DNA of 64,000 bases from Alistipes sp. (lineage in GTDB: Bacteria; Bacteroidota; Bacteroidia; Bacteroidales; Rikenellaceae), in assembly GCA_017938765.1 (NCBI GenBank), contig JAGBAX010000028.1, positions 190,490 to 254,489 on the forward strand, read 5' to 3'. Positions 39,584 to 48,007 of the stretch are shown piece after piece. The notes below the pieces were generated by a model. That model was not told the origin of the DNA, did no database searches, and saw nothing but the letters and a program-made list of their open reading frames with translations. The position numbers were made by a program, and so were the translations under genes. Position 1 is the stretch's first letter; the number at the start of each line of letters is the position of its first letter.

Positions 39584-40368
39584 TTATAGATACCCATTCA
39601 CACCTATACGAGCCGGAGTTTGACAATGATAGAGAGCAAGCCGTTGCTCGGTGCCACGAGGCGGGCGTAGAGCGCATTATGCTCCCTGCTATAGACAGAG
39701 AGAGCTATGAGAGGATGTTCAACCTCGCGCGCCAGTACCCCAACTTTGCACTGCCGATGATGGGGCTGCACCCAACATCCGTCAACGAGAACGACCACTG
39801 GCGTCAAGACCTTGATTTGGTTGAAAAGTACCTACAGCAACCACCAGAGGGTATCTCTCGCTTCTGGGGTGTGGGCGAGATTGGCCTTGACCTCTACTGG
39901 AGCAGCGACTACCGCAATGAGCAGATAGAGGCATTCAAGGCGCAGGTGGAGATGGCTATTAAGTACGACCTGCCAATAGTTGTCCACACGCGCAACGCAT
40001 GGGCAGAGATGGTAGATACTATGGAGAGCTTCGCCGGCAGAGGCGTTAGAGGCATCTTCCACGCCTTCTCGGACGGTGTGGAGAGCTACGAGCGTCTCAA
40101 AGGCTGCGGAGAGTTCCTCTTTGGCATCGGTGGCGTGGTGACCTTCAAGAAAAGTAAGCTCGTGCCCGTTGTTGAACAGATGGCACTCACAGATATCCTC
40201 CTTGAGACCGACTGCCCCTACCTCACCCCTGCACCACATCGCGGCGAGCGCAACGAGTCAAGCTATGTAAAATATATCTGTGCAAAAATTGCAGAGATAA
40301 AAGGTGTTGATTATCAGATAGTTGCTAATCAGACAACAGCTAACGCAAAACGCATATTTAATTTGTAA
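39580..40368 (+). CDS. tatD: TatD-family DNase
   Basis: DTHSH, GLHP, GEIGLD, LETDCPYLTP. Confidence 0.95.
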   Translation: MIIDTHSHLYEPEFDNDREQAVARCHEAGVERIMLPAIDRESYERMFNLARQYPNFALPMMGLHPTSVNENDHWRQDLDLVEKYLQQPPEGISRFWGVGEIGLDLYWSSDYRNEQIEAFKAQVEMAIKYDLPIVVHTRNAWAEMVDTMESFAGRGVRGIFHAFSDGVESYERLKGCGEFLFGIGGVVTFKKSKLVPVVEQMALTDILLETDCPYLTPAPHRGERNESSYVKYICAKIAEIKGVDYQIVANQTTANAKRIFNL

Positions 40369-40372
40369 CACT

Positions 40373-41419
40373 ATGAATACAAAACCCTCAATTCTAATCA
40401 TTTATACCGGTGGAACAATCGGTATGCAACGCGACCAGAGTGGCACGCTCATACCCTTTGACTTCAACTCAATAGAGAAGGAGTTCCCCGCAGTGCGCCA
40501 CCTTAATGTGCATATAGATGTGCATAAAATGCCGCCTATAGACTCGTCCAATGTCACCCCGGCACTGTGGCACGAGCTGGCGCACACTGTTCGCGACAAC
40601 TACGACAAGTACAACGGTTTTGTAATCCTGCACGGCACAGATACAATGTCCTACACCGCCTCTGCGCTCAGTTTTATGTTTGAAAATCTACAGAAGCCCG
40701 TTGTCTTCACTGGTAGCCAGATACCTATGGGTATTATGCGCACAGATGGCCGCGAAAACCTTATCACAGCCATTGAGATTGCCGCAGCGAGCAGAAATGG
40801 TTACCCTGTCGTGCCAGAGGTGTGCCTCTACTTCCAAAATAAGCTCTTCAGAGCCAACCGCACCTCAAAGCTCTCTGCCGAGGCACTCAACGCCTTTGAC
40901 TCACGAAACTATCCGCCACTGGCAGAGGTCGGCGTGAACATCAACTACAACACCGCCTATATCCACTACGAAGATGGTTGGTTTGAGGGTCAGTTTAACC
41001 CAGAGCCACTACAGGTCACTGAGGGCTTTGATACAAATGTAGTAATACTAAAAATCTTCCCAGGCATCTCGGAGACCACACTTAAGGCTGTTCTCTCTGT
41101 AGATGGACTTCGCGGAGTAATCCTTGAGACCTTCGGCACTGGCAATGCCCCTACCGCCGACTGGTTTATCAACCTTCTCAGCCAGACCATTGCTCGCGGT
41201 GTGACGATAGTAAATGTCACACAGTGCGTAGGCGGAGGCGTGGCAATGGAGCTCTATGAGACAGGCAAGCGACTTCAGCAGGCAGGTGTAATCAGCGGAC
41301 ACGATATGACAACCGAGGCGGCCGTTACAAAGTTGATGCTACTTCTTGGAAATTGCCCACAAAAAGATGGGGTCGCACAGAGTATGTTGATATCAAAAAA
41401 TGGAGAATTTGGCAGTTAG
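40373..41419 (+). CDS. ansA: Type I L-asparaginase
   Basis: YTGGTIGM, HGTDTM, TGSQ, DMTTEAA. Confidence 0.95.
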   Translation: MNTKPSILIIYTGGTIGMQRDQSGTLIPFDFNSIEKEFPAVRHLNVHIDVHKMPPIDSSNVTPALWHELAHTVRDNYDKYNGFVILHGTDTMSYTASALSFMFENLQKPVVFTGSQIPMGIMRTDGRENLITAIEIAAASRNGYPVVPEVCLYFQNKLFRANRTSKLSAEALNAFDSRNYPPLAEVGVNINYNTAYIHYEDGWFEGQFNPEPLQVTEGFDTNVVILKIFPGISETTLKAVLSVDGLRGVILETFGTGNAPTADWFINLLSQTIARGVTIVNVTQCVGGGVAMELYETGKRLQQAGVISGHDMTTEAAVTKLMLLLGNCPQKDGVAQSMLISKNGEFGS

Positions 41420-41656
41420 CCTTTGCACAAACAAAAAATTTTTTGTACATTTGGGACTGATAAGGTATGCAAAATGTGGCGAACAAGCCCGTTTTGCGTC
41501 CGTATCGCGCTGATACACTGTCAGTTATATGTTTTTTGATGCGAAATTTTGAAAAGATGACAAAATCTCGCGAGTGGCACAAAAACAACTAAAAATACTA
41601 ATAGAGAGAAATTTTTACAAAAAACTATTCAAATTTTTTAACTTATTAAAAACACT

Positions 41657-42466
41657 ATGAAAAAATTATTTTTGGTTTTGGCAGTTGCTGCTCTGTCGTT
41701 CAGCACTGCAATCGCACAGGACGCTGCAGCTGCAGCACCTGCTGAAGAGGCAACCGTAGAGAACGCTGAGGCTGCACCAGTAGCAGAGGAGGCTGTTGTT
41801 GAGGAGGCTATTAATCCTGAGGTTGAGATCGCTGGTGATTCACTCCACTACGTTCTTATGCAGAAGTTCCTTGAGGGTGGCTGGGGATGGATGCTCCCAA
41901 TCCTTATCGTACTTGTTCTCGGTCTTGCAATTGCAATTGAGCGTATCCTCTTCCTCGGTCTTTCAACTATCAACACAAAGAAGTTTATTGCTGCTGTTGA
42001 GAAGGCACTTAACGAGGGTGGTATTGAGGCTGCAAAGGCAGTTTGCCGTGACACAAAGGGTCCAATCGCATCTATCTACTGGCAGGGTCTTGACCGTTAT
42101 GAGCAGGGTCTTGATGCAGTTGAGAAGGCAGTTGTTTCTTACGGTTCAGTACAGACAGGTCAGCTTGAGAGCGGTCTTGGTTGGTTGTCACTCTTCATTG
42201 CTCTTTCTCCATCACTCGGATTTATGGGTACTGTAGTAGGTCTTGTACAGTCATTTGACTCTATCCAGGCTGCAGGTGACATCTCTCCAGCACTCGTTGC
42301 AGGTGGTATGAAGGTGGCGCTGCTTACTACATTGTTGGGTCTGATTGCTGCAATGGTTCTTCAGGTGTTCTACAACTACGTAATCGTAAAGATTGACGGT
42401 ATTGTAAATGAGATGGAGGATGCTTCTATCACCCTGATGGATATCCTTACAGTTTACAAGAAATAA
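41657..42466 (+). CDS. exbB: MotA/TolQ/ExbB proton channel
   Basis: IAIERI, PSLGFMGTVVG, GMKVALLTT; TACATTTG promoter at 41446-41453. Confidence 0.93.
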   Translation: MKKLFLVLAVAALSFSTAIAQDAAAAAPAEEATVENAEAAPVAEEAVVEEAINPEVEIAGDSLHYVLMQKFLEGGWGWMLPILIVLVLGLAIAIERILFLGLSTINTKKFIAAVEKALNEGGIEAAKAVCRDTKGPIASIYWQGLDRYEQGLDAVEKAVVSYGSVQTGQLESGLGWLSLFIALSPSLGFMGTVVGLVQSFDSIQAAGDISPALVAGGMKVALLTTLLGLIAAMVLQVFYNYVIVKIDGIVNEMEDASITLMDILTVYKK

Positions 42467-42499
42467 TTAGACCAAAACAATAATCGTACACAGAAAATT

Positions 42500-42922
42500 A
42501 TGAAAAAGATGTTAAATATACTGTTGGGACTTCTGTTCGCTATTACTGCCGTTATGGTAGGCTGGGCAGTAGTTTCTGGCGGATCTGAGGTTGCCATCAG
42601 CTGGAACCTGGTTTGGGGCTATGCCCTGCTCGTAGGTGCAGTGCTGAGCGTCTTGCTCTCTGCTATCAAGGGTACGATTACTAATCCTGCAGGTTTGAAG
42701 AAGACAATGTTAGCTATTGTGCTTGTAGTAGTTGTAGTAGGTGCTGCGCTATTCATTGCACTTGGTCACGATGGTCTTACAATTCCTAACTCTGCGGGTG
42801 GTGTATTCGATGATCCATTCGATTTGGTTATCTCAGAGGTTGGTATCCTTGTTACATACGTTGTTGCAGCCGCTTCAATCGTAGTAACACTATATACCGA
42901 GGTTCGTAACCTGTTCAAATAG
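42500..42922 (+). CDS. Hypothetical 4-TM protein in the exbBD operon
   Basis: Four hydrophobic helices; lies between exbB and exbD. Confidence 0.8.
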   Translation: MKKMLNILLGLLFAITAVMVGWAVVSGGSEVAISWNLVWGYALLVGAVLSVLLSAIKGTITNPAGLKKTMLAIVLVVVVVGAALFIALGHDGLTIPNSAGGVFDDPFDLVISEVGILVTYVVAAASIVVTLYTEVRNLFK

Positions 42923-42933
42923 TAAGGTAATTT

Positions 42934-43524
42934 ATGGCAAAAAGTAAGAAAATACCTGAAATCAACGCTTCGTCACAGGCGGATATCGCGTTTACAGTGC
43001 TTATCTTCTTCCTTGTGGTTTCTACAATGGATGTTGATACCGGTATCGTGCGCGTACTCCCACCAATGCCAGATCCAAATGTAAAGCAGGAGGATATCAA
43101 GGTTAAAGAGCGTAACCTCTTCCTTGTATTCGTATCTGGTAGCGGTCAGCTTATGGCGGGTGGTCAGGTCATGGATCTTCATTATCTGAAGGATAAGGCA
43201 AAGGAGTTTATCCTTAATCCTTACAATGATGAGAATCTTCCAGAGAAGAAGGAGCAGACCTTTGATATGCCAGATGGCTCAAAGTGGACCTTCCCAGTAA
43301 GCGAGGGAGTAATCTCACTTCAGAATACCCGTGACACTGATTATCAGGTTTATATCCGCGTACAGAACGAGCTTACTCGCGCATTCAACGAGGTGCGTGA
43401 TGATGTCTCAATGGCAAAGTTCGGCAAGAAGTTCGCAGACCTTGCCGAGGAGGAGAGAAAAGTAGTAACCAAGGCAGTACCTTTGAAGATTTCAGAGGCT
43501 GAGCCACGTAAAATGGGTAAGTAA
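42934..43524 (+). CDS. exbD: ExbD/TolR-family protein
   Basis: EINASSQADIAFTVLIFFLV. Confidence 0.9.
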   Translation: MAKSKKIPEINASSQADIAFTVLIFFLVVSTMDVDTGIVRVLPPMPDPNVKQEDIKVKERNLFLVFVSGSGQLMAGGQVMDLHYLKDKAKEFILNPYNDENLPEKKEQTFDMPDGSKWTFPVSEGVISLQNTRDTDYQVYIRVQNELTRAFNEVRDDVSMAKFGKKFADLAEEERKVVTKAVPLKISEAEPRKMGK

Positions 43525-43525
43525 T

Positions 43526-43996
43526 ATGGCAGTAATGAAGAAAAAGGGCGATCGCGAGGTTCCTGCAATGTCAACCACCTCCCTGCCCGATGTAGTGTAT
43601 ATCATCCTGTTCTTCTTTATGCTCTCTACCTCAATGCGTGATCAGGAGCTGATGGTTAAATACCGTCTCCCAGAGGCTACTGAGGTTCAGAAGCTTGAGA
43701 AGAAGAATCTCGTGAGCTACATTCACATTGGTGTACCAGTTCTGCATATGCAGGCAAAGTATGGTACTGCACCACTGATTCAGCTCAACGATTCGTATAA
43801 GACAACTAAGGATATCCTTGATTTTGCAGCAGCAGAGCGCGATAAGCTTTCAGAGGCAGACCGTGCATCAATGACCATCTGTCTTAAGGCAGACGGTGCT
43901 ACAAAGATGGGTATCATCGCCGACGTAAAGCAGGAGCTCCGCCGTGCTAACGCACTGAAGATCTCTTATGCTTCATCAAAGGTGCTGGGTTACTAA
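43526..43996 (+). CDS. exbD: ExbD/TolR-family protein
   Basis: SLPDVVYIILFFFM, LKADG..MG.I.DVKQELR. Confidence 0.9.
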   Translation: MAVMKKKGDREVPAMSTTSLPDVVYIILFFFMLSTSMRDQELMVKYRLPEATEVQKLEKKNLVSYIHIGVPVLHMQAKYGTAPLIQLNDSYKTTKDILDFAAAERDKLSEADRASMTICLKADGATKMGIIADVKQELRRANALKISYASSKVLGY

Positions 43997-44017
43997 TAAC
44001 TCAGAGCGTACAAGAAG

Positions 44018-44043
44018 AAGGAGAGGGCGACCTCTCCTTTTTT
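44018..44043 (+). terminator. Terminator after exbD
   Basis: AAGGAGAGG-GCGA-CCTCTCCTT-TTTT. Confidence 0.8.
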
Positions 44044-44057
44044 ATTTTGCTGTCAAA

Positions 44058-44419
44058 TTGGCTATTAGCCATTGGCCATTAGCCGTTGGCTTGCCTTCGG
44101 CAACCCGACCCTGCTCCGCCTCGGCAATTCAAACAAGTTTGATTGCTCTCGGCTTAATCGCAGCGTTGGCCTTACAGAGGTACAGACTTCGTCTGTTTGC
44201 GTTTATTCGGATTTAGGTTGCTGCCGCAAGGCAGTGAAAGAGAAAATAGAGTCTAACACTCAAGCTCGCTTGAAGGTGGAAAGACTCTATTTTTTATTTC
44301 AATAACTCGTAGAGTTACCCTAAATCCGCATCAGCACGGAAGAAAAACGAAGTTTTTCGCGAAAGTCTTTTGGGTCACTTTTCTTCAGAAAAGGGACGGT
44401 ACACGCTTTCTGCGTAGCC
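44058..44419. repeat. Composite: heptamer arm (44058-44092), about 70-bp hairpin module, family A copy 2 (44165-44419, inverted)
   Basis: Reverse complement aligns to 55085-55350 with compensatory changes. Confidence 0.9.
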
Positions 44420-44428
44420 AAAGCTGGC

Positions 44429-44713
44429 CTATGCTTGACCCTTAGGGGTAAATCCAGGGGCTTGGTTTACGTTTATTGTGCCGAACTTGCTCTCGTAGTT
44501 ATGGAGGTTCTCCTGCAGTGAGAGCAGCAGTCGTTTTGCGTGTTCTGGAGTGAGGATTATTCTACTACCCACCTTAGCCTTAGGCATTCCTGGTAGTATA
44601 GATGCAAAGTCAAGTATCACCTCGCTTGGCGAGTGGGCTATAATTACGAAGTTAGAGTAGTGACCCTGGGCTACTGCTGGGTCAAGTTCAAATTCAATCT
44701 TATTCTCTGCCAT
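44429..44713 (-). CDS. DUF3467-family protein
   Basis: GHYSNFVIIAHSPSEVILDF, SRIILTPEHAKRL. Confidence 0.85.
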   Translation of the reverse strand: MAENKIEFELDPAVAQGHYSNFVIIAHSPSEVILDFASILPGMPKAKVGSRIILTPEHAKRLLLSLQENLHNYESKFGTINVNQAPGFTPKGQA

Positions 44714-44717
44714 AGTT

Positions 44718-45491
44718 TTATACTGTTATAAGTTCAATACCTGCCTCTTCAATAATCTCAACCATCTCTGGGGATATGTCTGAGTCTGTGATTATCACAT
44801 CCACCTCGTCAATAGATGTTATGCGACCAAAGCCGTGATGTCCGAACTTTGACGAGTCTGCAATAACAATAGTCTTTGACGATGCTGCCATCATCTTGCG
44901 CGAGAGCAGTGTCTCCTCTATCGTTGATGTAGTAATACCGAAGTCGGGGTCAAAGCCGTCCACGCCGAGGAAGAACTTAGAGCATACCATATCTCCGAGA
45001 CTTGAACAAGCCTGCTCTCCACGTGTAGCGAAGGACTTTTTATATACCGTACCTCCGAGTTGTTGCACCTGTATTGTCTCCACCTCATTCAGAAGGGCGG
45101 ATACTTTGAGGAAAGGTGTTACCACATTTATTGTCGGCGATGGCGATAGGGCGTGTATAGCCTCGGCAAGGGCGTATGTTGTAGAGCCTGCCGAAATCAT
45201 AATAGAGTCGCCCTCCTCAATCATCTGCGCTGCGCGCTGTGCGATACGATACTTTGCCTCGCGGTTGAGTGACGATTTTGTCATCAGGTCGCGGTCGGCA
45301 ATATGCGGATTAGCTAATCGCGCACTACCGTGTACCTTATAGAGCAGACCTTTGCTCTCAAGAATCTTCACATCCTTGCGGATAGTTACCTTTGTTACGC
45401 CAAGCTCCTCGGCAACATCTGTGATACGGATAAAGCCGTACTTTTCAAGTTTTTCGAGTATATACTTGTGTCTCTCTGCAATACTTAACAT
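44718..45491 (-). CDS. DeoR/GlpR-family transcriptional regulator
   Basis: ERHKYIL...VTIRKD...VHG HTH; GSTT; DSSKFG; TAATG-coupled start. Confidence 0.93.
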   Translation of the reverse strand: MLSIAERHKYILEKLEKYGFIRITDVAEELGVTKVTIRKDVKILESKGLLYKVHGSARLANPHIADRDLMTKSSLNREAKYRIAQRAAQMIEEGDSIMISAGSTTYALAEAIHALSPSPTINVVTPFLKVSALLNEVETIQVQQLGGTVYKKSFATRGEQACSSLGDMVCSKFFLGVDGFDPDFGITTSTIEETLLSRKMMAASSKTIVIADSSKFGHHGFGRITSIDEVDVIITDSDISPEMVEIIEEAGIELITV

Positions 45492-46624
45492 TACCAAATC
45501 TCCTTTTTAACTGTTTTACGACCAGCGTAGCAATTTACAAAATCAAGAACTGTACCCTTCGGGATTGTTATGCGAATAGCTGTGCGAGGGCGGAAGAGTA
45601 CAGGGTTCATTCTCTCGCCAAAGAGGGCACGAAACTCAATGTCAGATATATTTGTAATCTGCAACACACCCTTCTTTGCATCTATAACCTTCACCTCAAG
45701 CGATGCGTCAATGAGCTGCTCAATGTACTTACTATCGCCAGCAAGGGTGTTGTTAAACAGCGCCACCATACGACCTGCAAACAGAGCCTCGCGAAGAGAG
45801 GTAAGGGTATACTCCTTTGCAAACACAAGGGTCATTGGGCGAATCTGATTTCCGTACATATAGCGCGAAGTGTCGTGAATATCGCTGTTTGCCATCATTG
45901 GCAGGCCGTACTCGTCAAACCAATCAAGCACCTTTGGATACCACTCCGAGCCGTTGAAAAGTTCTACCGCGTGGATTCTACCCTCCTTAATAAGCTGTTT
46001 CTGAAGCGGATAGAGTGTACACTTCTTATCTGGCCAACCCGGATGGTTCCAGAGCATAAAGCAACCCTGCTCCTCGGCCTTTCTAAAGTCATCCATCTCT
46101 GTAGGGTTAGGTATTCGGTTCCCATCCTTGTCGCGCAACAACTTACCATTCTCATCTACCTTGTAACGCACCTGCTCAAAGACATTTGGGTCCTTGATAA
46201 ACAGAGCATTCATATGTCCAAAAGGCTTTGTGCGGGTAATCTCAACTGCTGGCACGACCAAAAATCCGAACTTCTTACCCTCCTTTACAGCCAGCTCAAT
46301 AGGCAGGTTGTAGTCCTTAAGACGGATACCCTTATTCTTGTGTACAGCGTTGTGCTCAGACATAGCAATCACATCTAATCCATCCTGCCACGCCTCACGC
46401 ACGCGACCTACAGGCGAAACCTGTGCATCGGCAAAGACAGTGTGCATATGAAAATCGCACTTAAGAGTCAGATACTCGCCGATGTTAGGGATAGAGATAA
46501 CTCGGCGCACAGCCTTCTCAAGCTCATAGCAAACAGTTCTGTCGTCAGAGTTCTCTGGTGGATTCTTTGCATCAACGCTTGTCGCAATAAGGGCAAGACC
46601 CAAAATTAAAAAAAACTTCTTCAT
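45491..46624 (-). CDS. Secreted PHP-domain phosphoesterase
   Basis: Signal peptide; DFHMHT, SEH, HMNALF, WNHP, NSDIH. Confidence 0.85.
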   Translation of the reverse strand: MKKFFLILGLALIATSVDAKNPPENSDDRTVCYELEKAVRRVISIPNIGEYLTLKCDFHMHTVFADAQVSPVGRVREAWQDGLDVIAMSEHNAVHKNKGIRLKDYNLPIELAVKEGKKFGFLVVPAVEITRTKPFGHMNALFIKDPNVFEQVRYKVDENGKLLRDKDGNRIPNPTEMDDFRKAEEQGCFMLWNHPGWPDKKCTLYPLQKQLIKEGRIHAVELFNGSEWYPKVLDWFDEYGLPMMANSDIHDTSRYMYGNQIRPMTLVFAKEYTLTSLREALFAGRMVALFNNTLAGDSKYIEQLIDASLEVKVIDAKKGVLQITNISDIEFRALFGERMNPVLFRPRTAIRITIPKGTVLDFVNCYAGRKTVKKEIW

Positions 46625-46642
46625 CGTAGTATAGTTTTAGTT

Positions 46643-47980
46643 TTATTTATCTAACAGTTTCTCAAGTTTATTATAGCAACCTATCTCGTACATCTGAGGG
46701 ATTAGCTCGCGGTAAAACTTCAGCACATCCTCCCAGCGGTAGTATGGCGCCATAGAGCCGTCAATCTGCTTCGGGAAGGCTATCTCCTCCTCATTAAGGA
46801 GCATCTTTACAAGAGTCTGTCCCTCCTTATTGCGGTAGAAAATCCACTGCAGGTTACATCCCATCGGAATGTTGTAGTCCTGAAAGACCTTCTCTATCTG
46901 CTCATAGTCATGCACCTCTTCGCACCAACCTGGGATGCGCATTGTATTTAGCAGACCCATAATGTTTCCGTCGTGACCAAAGCGAAGGTCTACAGCCGCC
47001 ACACCCTCGTTTACTCTACGCTCGGCATCGTTAATAATCTGCTCAAGCAGAGGTGTTGATACTCCATTGAGGAACTTCTCCTTAATACCTGACGGGCCCT
47101 TCTCGTGGTAGAAGATGATATTTACAAGCCTCCACTGCTGATATAACTCCTCTGGCGTGAAAATGTCAAGAATACTCTCCTCCGTAGGTGTTCCTGGCAG
47201 CGAAGTGGCTGTCTTAAAGAGATGAAACACAAAGTCGTGTGGGAAAGGCATACTCTTCACATAGTCTGGCTTAAAGAGCGAGTGTAGCAATCGTGATATA
47301 TCTACATTCTCACGACGGTAACGCCTCCACTGCTGCATCCACTCACAATTTGTGTTGTGGCGATATAGGTCAATATACTTTGCTAAACGAGGGTCGTTAT
47401 CCTTGTAGTAAGGGTTGAGCCACCTCTGGAACGGTTTTCCGCACTCGTAGTGGATATCTAACTTGTTGTCGTGGCGCATCAGCTCATCGCAGAAGGCAGT
47501 CATACTCATCAGTACGCGCGGAACAATTGTCGCCTTGGTATCAATATACTCTGCCTTCTTGAAAATAGGCTTGTAGTTGTTGTACATACGACGCGCAATC
47601 TGTCGATGCTGCTCCTGACCCTTGAGAGTAAGCTCTCCGCCACGACCATAGGCATCCCTCTTTGCGCGTGTCAGTCGGTCATAAATCTCCTTGCCATAAG
47701 GAGTTAGCTTGCCAAAATATGCTGCATCCTCAAATACTCTATATGCTCGGTCGTACTTCTCATCACGAAGCACATATCGCGAGCCGTGACGACCATAGTG
47801 GCTGATATAGAATGGCTTATAACCCTTTGGCGCTGGCGTCTGCTCCTTAAACTGAGTCGGATAGAGACGGTATACGCCAAGGGCGTAGCTACTATCTGAC
47901 AGTATCAGCTCGCGAGCACTCTGCGCCGTAGCCGTAAAGGCTAAAATTATCGCTACTGTAGTAATAAAAAATCTTCTCAT
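46643..47980 (-). CDS. Secreted histidine acid phosphatase
   Basis: HYGRHGSR and RFGHD motifs; signal peptide from MRRFF. Confidence 0.88.
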   Translation of the reverse strand: MRRFFITTVAIILAFTATAQSARELILSDSSYALGVYRLYPTQFKEQTPAPKGYKPFYISHYGRHGSRYVLRDEKYDRAYRVFEDAAYFGKLTPYGKEIYDRLTRAKRDAYGRGGELTLKGQEQHRQIARRMYNNYKPIFKKAEYIDTKATIVPRVLMSMTAFCDELMRHDNKLDIHYECGKPFQRWLNPYYKDNDPRLAKYIDLYRHNTNCEWMQQWRRYRRENVDISRLLHSLFKPDYVKSMPFPHDFVFHLFKTATSLPGTPTEESILDIFTPEELYQQWRLVNIIFYHEKGPSGIKEKFLNGVSTPLLEQIINDAERRVNEGVAAVDLRFGHDGNIMGLLNTMRIPGWCEEVHDYEQIEKVFQDYNIPMGCNLQWIFYRNKEGQTLVKMLLNEEEIAFPKQIDGSMAPYYRWEDVLKFYRELIPQMYEIGCYNKLEKLLDK

Positions 47981-48007
47981 ATAGTCAGTTTTTAGGTTCA
48001 AATCGGT

